Origin: an uncultured Solibacteraceae bacterium | GTDB taxonomy: Bacteria > Acidobacteriota > Terriglobia > 20CM-2-55-15 | Direction of reading: 5' to 3' | NCBI GenBank assembly: GCA_964584785.1 | Contig: CAZPBY010000011.1 | Location: forward strand, 65,877 to 129,876 | DNA: 64,000 nt | In this document: positions 17,203 through 30,454 of the stretch, in pieces | Layout of the letters: every line of letters begins with the position of its first letter | Numbering within the stretch: position 1 is the stretch's first letter | Translations under genes and position numbers: made by a program | Notes under the pieces: generated by a model | What the model saw: only the letters and a program-made list of their open reading frames with translations | The model's database searches: none | Told to the model about the DNA's origin: nothing

Positions 17203-18561
17203 ATGAGAGCAGCTACATTAATTCTCATTCTAGTGTTCCTTGCCGCGCCACTGTACAGCGCGCCACCACAGCAGACCGCCGAAGGGCAGACACTTCACGT
17301 CGTGGTGAACAAGTCGGTAGTGGTCAATGTACAGGCACCCATTCAGCGATTACTGACCAGTAATCCCGCAGTCATCGAGACCGTAGTTACGACGCCTTCA
17401 CAGATCGTCGTCTCAGGCAAGGCTGCCGGCGTCAGCAGCATGATCATCTGGGACGGCCCGGATCACTCACAGCTGCTGGATGTCGTCGTGGAACCCGACG
17501 TCTCGGCGTTCCGAGCCGCGATCGAGCGCGCCTATCCGAACCAGTCCGTCGGCGTCGAGACCAGCGACTCGCGCCTCATTCTGTCCGGCGCCGTCACTTC
17601 TCAGAGGATTATCGATGACCTTGTGAAGATGGCCGGTCTGTACTCGCCCCAGGTCGTGAACCTGTTGAACCTTGGCGACGTTCATGCCCGCCAGATGATG
17701 CTGGAGGTAAAGTTCGCGGAAGTAGACCGCACCAAGATCTCCCAGTTCGGTATCAATGTGCTGAGTACCTCGGCTGCGAACACGCCCGGAGCTTTGTCGA
17801 CGCAACAGTTCGGGGCCCCTTCTCTTCAGTCGGCAGGCATCGGAGGCGCGAGCACCCAGCGCGGCAGCGCATCGTTTAACGTTCCCGATCTCCTGAATGT
17901 CTTCCTGTTCCGGCCCGATCTCAACCTTGCGGCGACGATCAAGGACCTCGAACAGAAGGCGCTTCTGCAGATTCTCGCGGAGCCGAACCTGATGGCGTTG
18001 AACGGACAGCAGGCAAGTTTTCTTGCCGGCGGCGAATTCCCGTTCCCCGTTGTTCAATCCGGACAGAGTGCGGGAGCGGTTACCGTTCAATTCCGGCCAT
18101 TCGGTGTGAGGCTCGACTTCAAAGGAACCATCGGTGACGACAACATCATCCGTCTTCATGTCGTGCCTGAAGTCAGCGCGTTGGATTTTTCGAACTCGGT
18201 TTCCATATCGGGATTCGTCATTCCCGCTCTGTCGACGCGCAAGGCGGAGACGGAGATCGAACTGAAAGACGGACAGTCTTTCGGCATCGCCGGACTGATG
18301 GATCACCGTGCTGTGGCACAGATGAACAAGCTGCCCGGTTTGGGCGATATCCCGATTCTCGGACAGTTGTTTCGATCGAAGCTCGTCAACCGAAGCAATA
18401 CGGAGCTGGTCGTCATCGTGACGCCACGGATCGTCGATCCGGTGAAGACCACCGCAGCGCCGCAGCCACCCACAAATGCGATGCCGTTCCTGGATTCGCC
18501 TTCGTTCGACAAAGGGATTCCCGGAAACAAAAACCTGAAGACACCACGGCAACAGGATTAG
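17203..18561 (+). CDS. cpaC: Tad pilus secretin CpaC/RcpA
   Basis: Secretin C-domain (ILAEPNLMALNGQQASFLAGGEFPFPV…TELVVIVTPRIVDP). Signal peptide. Confidence 0.85.
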   Translation: MRAATLILILVFLAAPLYSAPPQQTAEGQTLHVVVNKSVVVNVQAPIQRLLTSNPAVIETVVTTPSQIVVSGKAAGVSSMIIWDGPDHSQLLDVVVEPDVSAFRAAIERAYPNQSVGVETSDSRLILSGAVTSQRIIDDLVKMAGLYSPQVVNLLNLGDVHARQMMLEVKFAEVDRTKISQFGINVLSTSAANTPGALSTQQFGAPSLQSAGIGGASTQRGSASFNVPDLLNVFLFRPDLNLAATIKDLEQKALLQILAEPNLMALNGQQASFLAGGEFPFPVVQSGQSAGAVTVQFRPFGVRLDFKGTIGDDNIIRLHVVPEVSALDFSNSVSISGFVIPALSTRKAETEIELKDGQSFGIAGLMDHRAVAQMNKLPGLGDIPILGQLFRSKLVNRSNTELVVIVTPRIVDPVKTTAAPQPPTNAMPFLDSPSFDKGIPGNKNLKTPRQQD

Positions 18562-18563
18562 TC

Positions 18564-19808
18564 ATGGCTCAAGATGCGCGCAATGATCTACGAGTCGATT
18601 CGAACGGCGACCTCCTGTCGATGGCAACGATTGCCCTCGACCGTGAGACCGAACTGCTCGTGCGGCTCTGGCTTCCTTCGCTGAAGTCGACCATCCGAGC
18701 CGCCTTCGCGGACTACGGCCCGCAGGATCATGAATCGATTCAGGAGTGGTTGGGTAACCCTTCTCTGGACATCTGCATCGTCGATTTCGATACCGATCCC
18801 GGGAAGGCTCTAGGCATTTCCGCGCTCATCCAGCACTACAGCCCAAACACCGCCATCTTCGCGGTATCCGGCGACAACACGCCCGAAGTCATTATTCAGG
18901 CGATGCGCAGCGGTTGCCGCGAATATCTGTTCAAACCGGTAGACCGGGAACAATTGACTAAAGCGGTTGCCCGCGTCGGAAGCCGGCAACGGCCCAGGCC
19001 AAAGCGCTCGAACACTCAGGTCCTGTCATTCATCGGCGCCAAGGGAGGCTGCGGAGTGACGACAGTTGCGACGCAGTTAGGTGGCTTGCTGGCCAGCTTC
19101 TGTTCAAGGAAGACAATTCTTTTGGATCTGCATCCGACTCTCGGCGATGCTGCGCTGTATCTGGGGTTCACGAGTCACAAGTACAACTCTCTCGATCTCA
19201 TCCAGAACACAGGCCGCATGGATTCGGAGCTGCTGCAGAGCCTGGTACTCCACCACCAGAGCGGCCTCGACGTAGTGCCCGCGCCGCAGGACTTCGATAG
19301 TACGCAACGAATTTCTCCGGAAGCAATGGCGAACACGTTGGCCTTCCTGCGCGATCGCTACGACTGCATCCTTGTCGACCTGCCGTCGAGGCTGAATGAC
19401 GAAACGGTTGGAGTCGTCAGTCACTCCGAATACATCTACGTGGTCACCGTCGCTGAAGTGGCGGCTCTGCGGAACGTGGCCCGGATACTGAATTATCTGG
19501 ATCACGCTCAAGTGGCTGCCGACCGAGTCCGCGTCATTCTCAACCGTTTTGAAAAACGCAGCGCCATTTCGGAGGCGCAAATCGAGAAAGTGATCGGCCG
19601 GAAAATCTTCTGGTCGGTTCCGAACGAATATCAACAAGCCGTGAAGACGATTACGGGAGGCGATCCCGCATCTCAAATCTCGCGGTCCGAACTATTGCGG
19701 AATATCAAAGGATGGGCCGAAGCGATCGGAGGGAAGCCGGCGGCCGATGATAAGGGTCCGAAAAAGAGGGGTGGACTCCTGGGAATTCTGGGAGGGGTTG
19801 AGGCCTAA
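18564..19808 (+). CDS. cpaE: CpaE/TadZ: receiver-like N-domain plus MinD/ParA-type ATPase
   Basis: Deviant Walker A (VLSFIGAKGGCGVTTVATQLG). N-terminal CheY-like fold. Confidence 0.8.
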   Translation: MAQDARNDLRVDSNGDLLSMATIALDRETELLVRLWLPSLKSTIRAAFADYGPQDHESIQEWLGNPSLDICIVDFDTDPGKALGISALIQHYSPNTAIFAVSGDNTPEVIIQAMRSGCREYLFKPVDREQLTKAVARVGSRQRPRPKRSNTQVLSFIGAKGGCGVTTVATQLGGLLASFCSRKTILLDLHPTLGDAALYLGFTSHKYNSLDLIQNTGRMDSELLQSLVLHHQSGLDVVPAPQDFDSTQRISPEAMANTLAFLRDRYDCILVDLPSRLNDETVGVVSHSEYIYVVTVAEVAALRNVARILNYLDHAQVAADRVRVILNRFEKRSAISEAQIEKVIGRKIFWSVPNEYQQAVKTITGGDPASQISRSELLRNIKGWAEAIGGKPAADDKGPKKRGGLLGILGGVEA

Positions 19809-19813
19809 CGACA

Positions 19814-21187
<1,374 letters not shown>

Positions 21188-21199
21188 AAGGAGCATGCG

Positions 21200-22153
21200 A
21201 TGATTCTTGTGATCTTTATCGTGGTGTTGGGCCTCTCGCTCGGCATCCAGCTCTTTGTTCTGAAGTCGACGAAATCCGAGAAGGCAATCGAACGTCAGCT
21301 TGCCGACATCCGGGAGACTCGGAAAGAGGGAGAGAAAACCGCCTCCATTCTCAAGGAAGAGCGGCTCAGTCCTGTTCCGTGGATGCATGACGTCCTCGCC
21401 AAGATTCCTCTCTCGTCAAGATGGGTTTACCTGATCAAGCAGGCGGGCGTGAAGTGGTTTGTATCCTCGCTCGTTATTTCCACGATCGGTCTGGCTCTCG
21501 CGGGTGCCGTGGCTGCTGCGATATTCGTGACGAATTCTTTCATTATTCTTGCCGCCGGCTTGATGGCCGGCGCAATTCCTTACGGATATCTGGCGGTGTT
21601 GCGGTATCAAAAGGTTCAAGCCTGCGGCGCTCAGTTGCCTCAAGCCGTCGAGTTGATGGCGAGGGCGCTCAAAGCAGGGCACGCTCTCAATTCCGCGCTC
21701 GAAATGGTAAGCCAGGACGTGCCGGAACCTTTGGCCACGGAGTTTCGAACCGTTCACGAGCAGCAGAACCTCGGATTGCCTTTGCGTGATGCTTTGATAA
21801 ACCTATCGCGACGGATACCGCACAACGACATGAAGTTTCTGATCACAGCGCTGCTGCTGCAGAAGGAAACCGGTGGAAACCTTGTCCAGATTCTGGAGAC
21901 GGCGTCGTTTCTGGTGCGGCAGCGCGCACGAACACGTAAGCAGATCAAGATCTATACCTCGCAGGCTCGTGCGAGTGCGTGGGTGGTAGGGTTGATGCCT
22001 TTCCTCTTATTCGTTATCTTGAGCGTGTACGACCCAAGCTACGAGATGCAGCTGCTTAATGATCCGACCGGCTCGCGTATTTTCAGCGGAAGCCTGGTCT
22101 TACTGACGATCGGTGTTGTTTTGATCCGGAAGATCGTCGCTGCGAAAGTGTGA
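21200..22153 (+). CDS. tadB: TadB inner-membrane platform protein (GspF-like)
   Basis: T2SSF-like TM topology. Position after cpaF. Confidence 0.8.
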   Translation: MILVIFIVVLGLSLGIQLFVLKSTKSEKAIERQLADIRETRKEGEKTASILKEERLSPVPWMHDVLAKIPLSSRWVYLIKQAGVKWFVSSLVISTIGLALAGAVAAAIFVTNSFIILAAGLMAGAIPYGYLAVLRYQKVQACGAQLPQAVELMARALKAGHALNSALEMVSQDVPEPLATEFRTVHEQQNLGLPLRDALINLSRRIPHNDMKFLITALLLQKETGGNLVQILETASFLVRQRARTRKQIKIYTSQARASAWVVGLMPFLLFVILSVYDPSYEMQLLNDPTGSRIFSGSLVLLTIGVVLIRKIVAAKV

Positions 22154-22157
22154 AGCC

Positions 22158-23066
22158 ATGACAACCATTTTATTTGTTGCGCTCGGCAGCTTTGTAGTTT
22201 CCATGTTGCTGTTCGTCCTTGTCCTGGGACGTCAATCGCGCCAGAGCGTCATGCTCGAGCAGATTGCGCGCCAGGCTCGAGCGGATTTCGGCGAGGTCCC
22301 CGGAGTAACGGATTGGTCCGCCTACAGGGATTGGATCGCCAGGCCGTCCGCCTTTATTCGCGGCATCGTGTCGAAAAAGCCCGATCCGGAAGTTGCCCGC
22401 CGGTTGTCGCTTGCGGGTTATCGGCAGCCGGAACATGCAGACATTTTCATCGGATCGCGGCTGGCTGTGCCCGCCTTGCTGGGATTGCTTGTCGTGATCT
22501 TTGTGTCGACGAACGTCCTGTTCTTTGTTTTTATGGCGATGCTCATCGGCTTCTTTATCCCCGATTTCTGGCTGGCGGAAGCGACCAAGCGTCGGAGAGA
22601 ACGGATCGGCGATTCATTACCGGACACGCTGGATTTGATATCCATCTGCATGGATGCCGGACTTGGCCTGGACCAGGCGATCGTTCGCGTGGGGCACGAG
22701 GTCCGCTGGTCTCAGCCCGACATCACCACCGAGCTCCTGCAGATCAATTTCGAGCAGAGCGCCGGAGTGCCGCGCATCGATTCATGGCGTGCTTTCTCGG
22801 AACGCGTCCCGCTCGATAGTCTCCGGAACCTCGTTTCCATGCTGATTCAAACTGAACGCTTCGGAACGCCGATCGCACAGGCTTTGAGCACTTTTTCCGA
22901 AACCTTACGCAGGGAGCGGACGCAGGCCGCCGAAGAAGTAGGCGCCCGCGCTGCTGTGAAGCTCGTATTTCCGATGGTAATCTTTATCTTCCCGATGATG
23001 TTTGTTGTGACCGTCGGGCCGGCTGTGCTTGGATTGATCAACAACTTTAGCAAGCTGCTCGAATAG
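22158..23066 (+). CDS. tadC: TadC inner-membrane platform protein (GspF-like)
   Basis: T2SSF-like. Paralogous to tadB. Confidence 0.8.
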   Translation: MTTILFVALGSFVVSMLLFVLVLGRQSRQSVMLEQIARQARADFGEVPGVTDWSAYRDWIARPSAFIRGIVSKKPDPEVARRLSLAGYRQPEHADIFIGSRLAVPALLGLLVVIFVSTNVLFFVFMAMLIGFFIPDFWLAEATKRRRERIGDSLPDTLDLISICMDAGLGLDQAIVRVGHEVRWSQPDITTELLQINFEQSAGVPRIDSWRAFSERVPLDSLRNLVSMLIQTERFGTPIAQALSTFSETLRRERTQAAEEVGARAAVKLVFPMVIFIFPMMFVVTVGPAVLGLINNFSKLLE

Positions 23067-23118
23067 TGGAATTCGATCGGCAGCTTAACTAAAACTTAAA
23101 ACAAACGAAGGGAGAAAA

Positions 23119-23211
23119 ATGAGCTCAGAAACAATGGTTCGCGTCGTCGCAGGTGTACTTTTCGTCATCGTGCTTTTCGTGCTGGTTTACCGGATGAAGA
23201 AGAAAACGTAG
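23119..23211 (+). CDS. Small single-TM peptide (30 aa): MSSETMVRVVAGVLFVIVLFVLVYRMKKKT
   Basis: Not in the ORF track because it is under 60 aa. Strong RBS (gaagggagaaaaATG). Hydrophobic core with a basic C-terminus. It sits between tadC and the DUF192 gene. Confidence 0.35.
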   Translation: MSSETMVRVVAGVLFVIVLFVLVYRMKKKT

Positions 23212-23238
23212 GAGGGGACCTGACCTGATCCAGGCCAG

Positions 23239-23601
23239 ATGTTCGGCCCAAAACGATCTGTGACCGTCTACAACGAGACGAGGGACACGCTCCTCGCCCG
23301 TCGCGTTACCGTGGCCGATTCCGTCCTCAGCCGTTTGGTCGGTCTACTCGGCCGCGCCTCCCTTCCGCCCGATACGGGTATCTGGATTCGTCCCTGCAAT
23401 TCGATCCACACGATCGGCATGCTGTTTCGGTTCGATCTTCTATTGATCGACAAAAACCACAGAGTGGTCGGGCTGCGCCAACGCGTGCGGCCCTTCACCC
23501 TGACCTGGCCGAACCTTCGAGCCAACAGCGTTCTCGAGCTTCCCGCCGACACCATCGTGAACAGCCGCACCGAGCTCGGCGATTCACTGCGAATCGAATG
23601 A
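23239..23601 (+). CDS. DUF192 (COG1430) family protein
   Basis: VTVADSVLSRLVGLLGRASLPPDTGIWIRPCNSIHTIGMLFRFDLLLIDKNHRVVGL matches the DUF192 core (…GLmgR…GMlF.f…D…fid.n..Vv). Confidence 0.5.
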   Translation: MFGPKRSVTVYNETRDTLLARRVTVADSVLSRLVGLLGRASLPPDTGIWIRPCNSIHTIGMLFRFDLLLIDKNHRVVGLRQRVRPFTLTWPNLRANSVLELPADTIVNSRTELGDSLRIE

Positions 23602-23698
23602 TCGATACTTTCCGGTTCATGGATTCTTTCAATCTACTTTGTGGAGAACCGTAGTCAGCCCGCGGATTCGCAACCATTAATTCAAACACTTCAACGAC

Positions 23699-24454
23699 AT
23701 GTATTTCGCAATGAATGGTCCGCCGACTGCTAAGTCGTACTCCATGAACCATCGCAGTCGCGGGAAGATTGTGGTCCTCTGGGTACCACTGTGTATTTCT
23801 CTGTGGTTTTCCTACAGCTATGCTCTGAAATATTTGACGAGAGAACCCGAGCAGTACGGGATTTACATTGCCCGTCACGACTGGTTGTATGCCCACATCA
23901 TTGCCGGCCTGTTTGCATTACTTCTCGGACCCGCGCAACTCTACCTTGGACTGAATGAACGCACTGCGATCGTTCACCGCGTGATGGGGGTGACGTACGT
24001 TCTGGCCGTCATGGCCGGCGGCACCGCCGCGTTCTACCTTGCGGCGTATAACGATTTCGGTTGGGTCTTCACGTTTGGCTTTGGCTCAATGGCTGCGGCC
24101 TGGATGATCACGACGATTCTGGCGACGATTGCAATCTGTCTTCGACAAAAGGAACAGCATCGCGAATGGATGATTCGCAGTTACGTCGTGACGTTTGGGT
24201 TTGTCTTCTTTCGAGTATTGTTCGAGGCATTCGACATGGCGAAACTGGGAACCATCGTCGAGCGGAAGACGGCCGCGGTTTGGCTGGCATGGGCCGTGCC
24301 GTTGTTCATCACGGAAACGGTGCTGCAGGCCCGAAAGATCTTTGCGCCGCGGCCTAAACTGGTTCCCGTGCAAAGCGCGCAGTCGTACACCATCGCTCAC
24401 GAGCCCGTGCGGCTCCAGGTTGAACCCGAAGCGCCGACGCAGGGACTGTCCTGA
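23699..24454 (+). CDS. Integral membrane protein, DUF2306-like
   Basis: Four to six TM helices. The HR…G motif region (TAIVHRVMGVTYVL) is reminiscent of DUF2306. Confidence 0.35.
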   Translation: MYFAMNGPPTAKSYSMNHRSRGKIVVLWVPLCISLWFSYSYALKYLTREPEQYGIYIARHDWLYAHIIAGLFALLLGPAQLYLGLNERTAIVHRVMGVTYVLAVMAGGTAAFYLAAYNDFGWVFTFGFGSMAAAWMITTILATIAICLRQKEQHREWMIRSYVVTFGFVFFRVLFEAFDMAKLGTIVERKTAAVWLAWAVPLFITETVLQARKIFAPRPKLVPVQSAQSYTIAHEPVRLQVEPEAPTQGLS

Positions 24455-24534
24455 AGCTTCTTCTTTTTCCTCTCGCTCCATTTGTATAATGAACTCCCCG
24501 GCTTGCCGTCGTCCAAAACTTGCAAAGGTGAACC

Positions 24535-24891
24535 ATGGGAATCACGAATGTTCAAGTCACCGTCGGAAATCCTGCCGATCCGTCCCGTCAATGTGAAGTC
24601 GAGTTCCTGGTGGATTCGGGAGCGACGTATAGTCTGGTGCCTCAAGAGATTCTTGCCGCTTTGGGAATCGAGCCGCATTCCACCCGCGAATTTGTTTTGG
24701 GTAACGGCGAGATCGTTCAACGCCGAATGGGGACGGCCATCTTCGAGTATCGCGGAGAGCGGGGCGATTCACTCGTCATGTTCGGAGAGGCCGGCGACGC
24801 GCCTCTAATCGGTGCGACAACGCTCGAAGGATTCGGATTCATTCTCGATCCATTTCGACGCGAGTTAAAGCCGCTTCCCATGTTGCTGTAG
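24535..24891 (+). CDS. Retropepsin-like (clan AA) aspartic protease
   Basis: FLVDSGATYSLVP carries the D(S/T)GA catalytic motif. 118 aa is the typical size of bacterial retropepsin-like proteins. Confidence 0.6.
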   Translation: MGITNVQVTVGNPADPSRQCEVEFLVDSGATYSLVPQEILAALGIEPHSTREFVLGNGEIVQRRMGTAIFEYRGERGDSLVMFGEAGDAPLIGATTLEGFGFILDPFRRELKPLPMLL

Positions 24892-24946
24892 ACCCAAGCG
24901 CGCAAGAATCCCCTTTTCTGTCCCTCGGCTGTCAAAAACTGACGGC

Positions 24947-25738
24947 ATGACGGTGACCGTGTCCGTATTGGGCAGTGGCAGTCGCGGCAACAGCACATTT
25001 GTTCGGACGGATCGGGTACGGTTACTGATTGACGCCGGAATCAGCCGCCGCGAAGTCGCGGCGCGTCTCGAATCCATCGGCGAGGATCCCGACGGTGTGG
25101 ACGCGGTTCTGGTCACGCACGAACACAACGATCACGCCTCCGCGCTTCGCGTCATGATGAAGGAGCTTCCGGTCCGCGCCTACCTGACGTGGGGAGCGAT
25201 CGCCGCGCTAAAGACGGATGAGTACGAACGGAACGGATCCGAGATCGTTCCCATCACTCCGGGCGTCGCCTTCACGATCGGTGATGCCGGGATCATGCCT
25301 TTTCGCGTTCCTCACGATGCGGTCGAACCCGTTGCGTTCAGCATCACGGTCGAGGGTCTGAAAATCACGCAATTAACAGATGTGGGCTGGCTGCCGGAGC
25401 CGGTCGCGAACCAACTTCGAAACTCGGATGTTCTCATTCTGGAATCGAATCACGATCTGGAAATGTTGCGATCGGGTCCATATCCGTGGAGTCTCAAGGA
25501 GCGGTTGATGAGCCGTCACGGCCATTTGTCCAACACCGCCGTTGCGCAATTCATACGGGAGCAGCACGATGGAAAGGCGCGTCATCTGGTGCTGGCGCAT
25601 CTGAGTTCTCGAAACAATCATCCGGAGATCGCCCGTCAGGAAGCGGTGCGCGCCATGCGATCGCGCGGACTGGACGTGGATCGTCTTTTTGTGACAGACC
25701 AGGACAGTCCAAGCCCGCCCATATGGATGTGTGGCTGA
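24947..25738 (+). CDS. MBL-fold metallo-hydrolase (YycJ/PhnP-like)
   Basis: VLGSGSRGN…, the VTHEHNDH motif, and a later GHLSN motif. Confidence 0.7.
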   Translation: MTVTVSVLGSGSRGNSTFVRTDRVRLLIDAGISRREVAARLESIGEDPDGVDAVLVTHEHNDHASALRVMMKELPVRAYLTWGAIAALKTDEYERNGSEIVPITPGVAFTIGDAGIMPFRVPHDAVEPVAFSITVEGLKITQLTDVGWLPEPVANQLRNSDVLILESNHDLEMLRSGPYPWSLKERLMSRHGHLSNTAVAQFIREQHDGKARHLVLAHLSSRNNHPEIARQEAVRAMRSRGLDVDRLFVTDQDSPSPPIWMCG

Positions 25739-25763
25739 AGAGCATGAGAAACTGTGATGTATC

Positions 25764-25854
25764 GTCACGAAGCCCGTCGCTGCGCTCCGGGTTCTGCACG
25801 TGTTACTCGACACGCACAATGTTCAGAACCGGAGCGCAGCGACGGGCTTCGTGG
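25764..25854. repeat. REP/MITE-like palindromic element, copy 1
   Basis: Left arm cgtcacgaagcccgtcgctgcgctccgggttctgcac, 26-nt loop, right arm tgttcagaaccggagcgcagcgacgggcttcgtgg. One of five related copies in the window. Confidence 0.7.
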
Positions 25855-25879
25855 AACAACGTTCAAGGAGCGAAGTAGC

Positions 25880-27172
25880 TTGATCCCACGTTACACCCGA
25901 CCAAAGATGGGGCGAATCTGGGAAGACCAGAACAAGTACCAGCGATGGCTCGACGTTGAATTGGCTGTTACCGAGACGCTCGCTGAAGAAGGCATTGTGC
26001 CGAAAGACGCGGCCGCGGAAATCAAAACGAAGGCCGGATTTTCGGTAGACCGCATCAATGCGATCGAGGCGGAGGTGAAGCATGACGTCATTGCATTCAC
26101 CACATCGGTGGCGGAGCACGTCGGGCCGGCCGCCGGGTATTTCCATTTCGGCCTGACATCGTCGGACGTTCTCGACACCGCGATGGCCCTGCAGGTCGTC
26201 GAAGCGTCCGGCATCATCCTGACGGGAATTCAGCGTCTTCAATCCGTTTTGAAAAAGCGCGCTCAGGAGTTCAAATACACTGTCGCCGTCGGCCGTACGC
26301 ACGGCATTCACGCCGAGCCGACGACGTTTGGCCTGAAGCTCGCGATCTGGCACGACGAGATGCGGCGTCATGAAGGCCGTATGCGCGAAGCTGCCGAAAC
26401 AATGCGCGTCGGAAAGCTCTCCGGCGCTGTCGGCACGTTCGCTCATCTCTCGCCGGACGTCGAAGAGAAAGTGATGCGGAAGCTCAGCCTGAAACCGGCT
26501 CCGGCGGCCTCGCAGGTCGTGCAGCGCGATCGCCATGCTCATTACATTTCCACGCTGGCCCTGATCGGAGCGACGCTCGAGAAAATCGCCGTCGAAGTGC
26601 GTCACCTTCAACGGACCGAGGTTCGCGAAGCCGAAGAGTATTTTTCGCCCGGACAGAAGGGTTCCTCCTCGATGCCGCACAAGCGGAATCCGATAACCTC
26701 CGAACAGATTGCGGGTCTCGCGCGAATTCTGCGAAGCAACGCGGTCGCGGCGATGGAAAACGTTGCGTTGTGGCACGAGCGCGACATTTCGCATTCGTCG
26801 GTCGAAAGAATCATCTTTCCCGACTCCACGATTCTCATGGACTACCTCCTCGAGAAGACATCGAACCTCATCGAGCGTCTTGTCGTGTATCCCGAGCGAA
26901 TGAAGGAAAACCTTGAACTGACGCAGGGGCTTGTCTACTCGGGCGAACTGCTGCTGGCGCTCGTCGCGAAAGGTGTCACGCGCGAGGACGCTTACCGCTG
27001 GGTGCAGCGCAATGCCATGCGGGTTTGGGATGAAGGCGGTACATTCCGCGACAAGGTTCTCGGCGACGCGGATATCTCTCTCTCGCTGTCGCGTTCGGAA
27101 GTCGCGCACGTTTTCGATTCCACTCGGCTGCTCGCCAACGTCGACCGCATTTTTGAAAGGGTTTTTGGATAA
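25880..27172 (+). CDS. purB: Adenylosuccinate lyase
   Basis: Fumarate-lyase signature [12 protein letters not shown]-terminus [14 protein letters not shown] aligns with PurB. TTG start with aggag RBS. The ORF-track start at 25754 runs through the REP element and is rejected. Confidence 0.9.
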   Translation: MIPRYTRPKMGRIWEDQNKYQRWLDVELAVTETLAEEGIVPKDAAAEIKTKAGFSVDRINAIEAEVKHDVIAFTTSVAEHVGPAAGYFHFGLTSSDVLDTAMALQVVEASGIILTGIQRLQSVLKKRAQEFKYTVAVGRTHGIHAEPTTFGLKLAIWHDEMRRHEGRMREAAETMRVGKLSGAVGTFAHLSPDVEEKVMRKLSLKPAPAASQVVQRDRHAHYISTLALIGATLEKIAVEVRHLQRTEVREAEEYFSPGQKGSSSMPHKRNPITSEQIAGLARILRSNAVAAMENVALWHERDISHSSVERIIFPDSTILMDYLLEKTSNLIERLVVYPERMKENLELTQGLVYSGELLLALVAKGVTREDAYRWVQRNAMRVWDEGGTFRDKVLGDADISLSLSRSEVAHVFDSTRLLANVDRIFERVFG

Positions 27173-27175
27173 ACT

Positions 27176-27424
27176 ATGAAAGCCACAGTCATCGTGACGC
27201 TCAAGCCGACAGTTTTGGATCCTCAGGGCATGACCATTCAGCGGAGTGTCGAATCGCTAGGACTCGCCGCCGTCGCCGACATCCGCCAGGGCAAGTACTT
27301 CGATGTCACCCTGAAGGAAGGTTCCACACCCGATCAGGGGCGTCAGACGATCGAGCGGCTCGCGAAGGATGTGTTGACCAATCCTGTCATCGAGCAGTAC
27401 CGAATCCTTTGGGAGTCATCATGA
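27176..27424 (+). CDS. purS: Phosphoribosylformylglycinamidine synthase subunit PurS
   Basis: 82 aa. [18 protein letters not shown]… is typical of PurS. It sits between purB and purQ. Confidence 0.85.
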   Translation: MKATVIVTLKPTVLDPQGMTIQRSVESLGLAAVADIRQGKYFDVTLKEGSTPDQGRQTIERLAKDVLTNPVIEQYRILWESS

Positions 27425-28115
27425 AGTTCGGAGTCGTCATCTTTCCCGGTTCCAACTGCGATCACGATTGCTATTACGTCGTCGAGTCCGTTATCGGCAA
27501 GCCCGTGGAGTTTGTCTGGCATCAGGACACCGAGCTCCGGAAATTCGATGCCGTCATTCTTCCCGGCGGCTTTGCGTACGGTGACTATCTGCGTACGGGC
27601 GCCCTCGCGCGATTTTCACCCGTGATGAAGGCGGTGCAGGATTACGCCGCGAAAGGCGGCCTCGTGTTCGGCATTTGCAACGGCTTTCAAATTCTTTGCG
27701 AAGCGGGATTGCTTCCGGGAGCGCTCCTGAGAAATGTCGGAATGAAGTACGTGTGCAAGTTCCTGCATCTTCGCACCGAGACGATCCACACTCCGTTCAC
27801 GAACCTGCTCTCCAAAGGACAACTGCTGCAGATCCCGATCGGCCACGGTGACGGCAACTATTTTGCGGACCCCGGAACGCTCGATCGTCTCGAGGCGAAC
27901 GATCAGGTTGTCTTCCGGTACGTCGATGCGAACGGGAAGGCCACGGCCGAAGCGAATCCGAACGGATCGCTGCGCAATATCGCGGGAATAGTCAACGAAG
28001 GACGGAACGTGTTGGGAATGATGCCGCACCCCGACCGATCGAGCGAATCGATTCTCGGAAGCGCAGACGGCAAGCTGATTTTCGAATCGATGGTCAACGC
28101 ATTGGTTCTCAAAGC

Positions 28116-28119
<4 letters not shown>
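27421..28119 (+). CDS. purQ: Phosphoribosylformylglycinamidine synthase subunit PurQ (glutaminase)
   Basis: [16 protein letters not shown]… and the GICNGFQ catalytic Cys motif. Start taken at ATG 27421 (4-bp overlap with purS). Confidence 0.9.
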
Positions 28120-30317
<2,198 letters not shown>

Positions 30318-30338
30318 AACAAGTCAAAGCCTGTTCAC

Positions 30339-30400
30339 CACAGAGACACAGAGGGCACGGAGAGGAAACCAGATCTCCGTGCCCTCTGTGTCTCTGTGGT
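30339..30400. repeat. Long perfect hairpin (about 28-bp arms: caccacagagacacagagggcacggaga / tctccgtgccctctgtgtctctgtggtg, loop ggaaaccaga) between purL and purF
   Basis: Read directly from the sequence. Different sequence family from the five REP-like copies. Confidence 0.6.
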
Positions 30401-30454
30401 GAACAGAACTCTGAGCACAGCAACGGGCTCCGTGGGTTAAACTAGGGGATTACT

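Noticed and set aside
25551-25799. ORFs translating …QNPERSDGLR… (also 33129..33554, 25373..25819, 48898..49470, and the N-terminal extensions of 25754..27172 and 32658..33512)
   Set aside because: They are read-through translations of the palindromic REP-like repeats. The same peptide motif recurs because the DNA repeat recurs. No RBS or coherent protein.
25823-27109. 428-aa minus-strand ORF
   Set aside because: Antisense to purB (fumarate-lyase signature on the plus strand). Arg-rich high-GC artefact.
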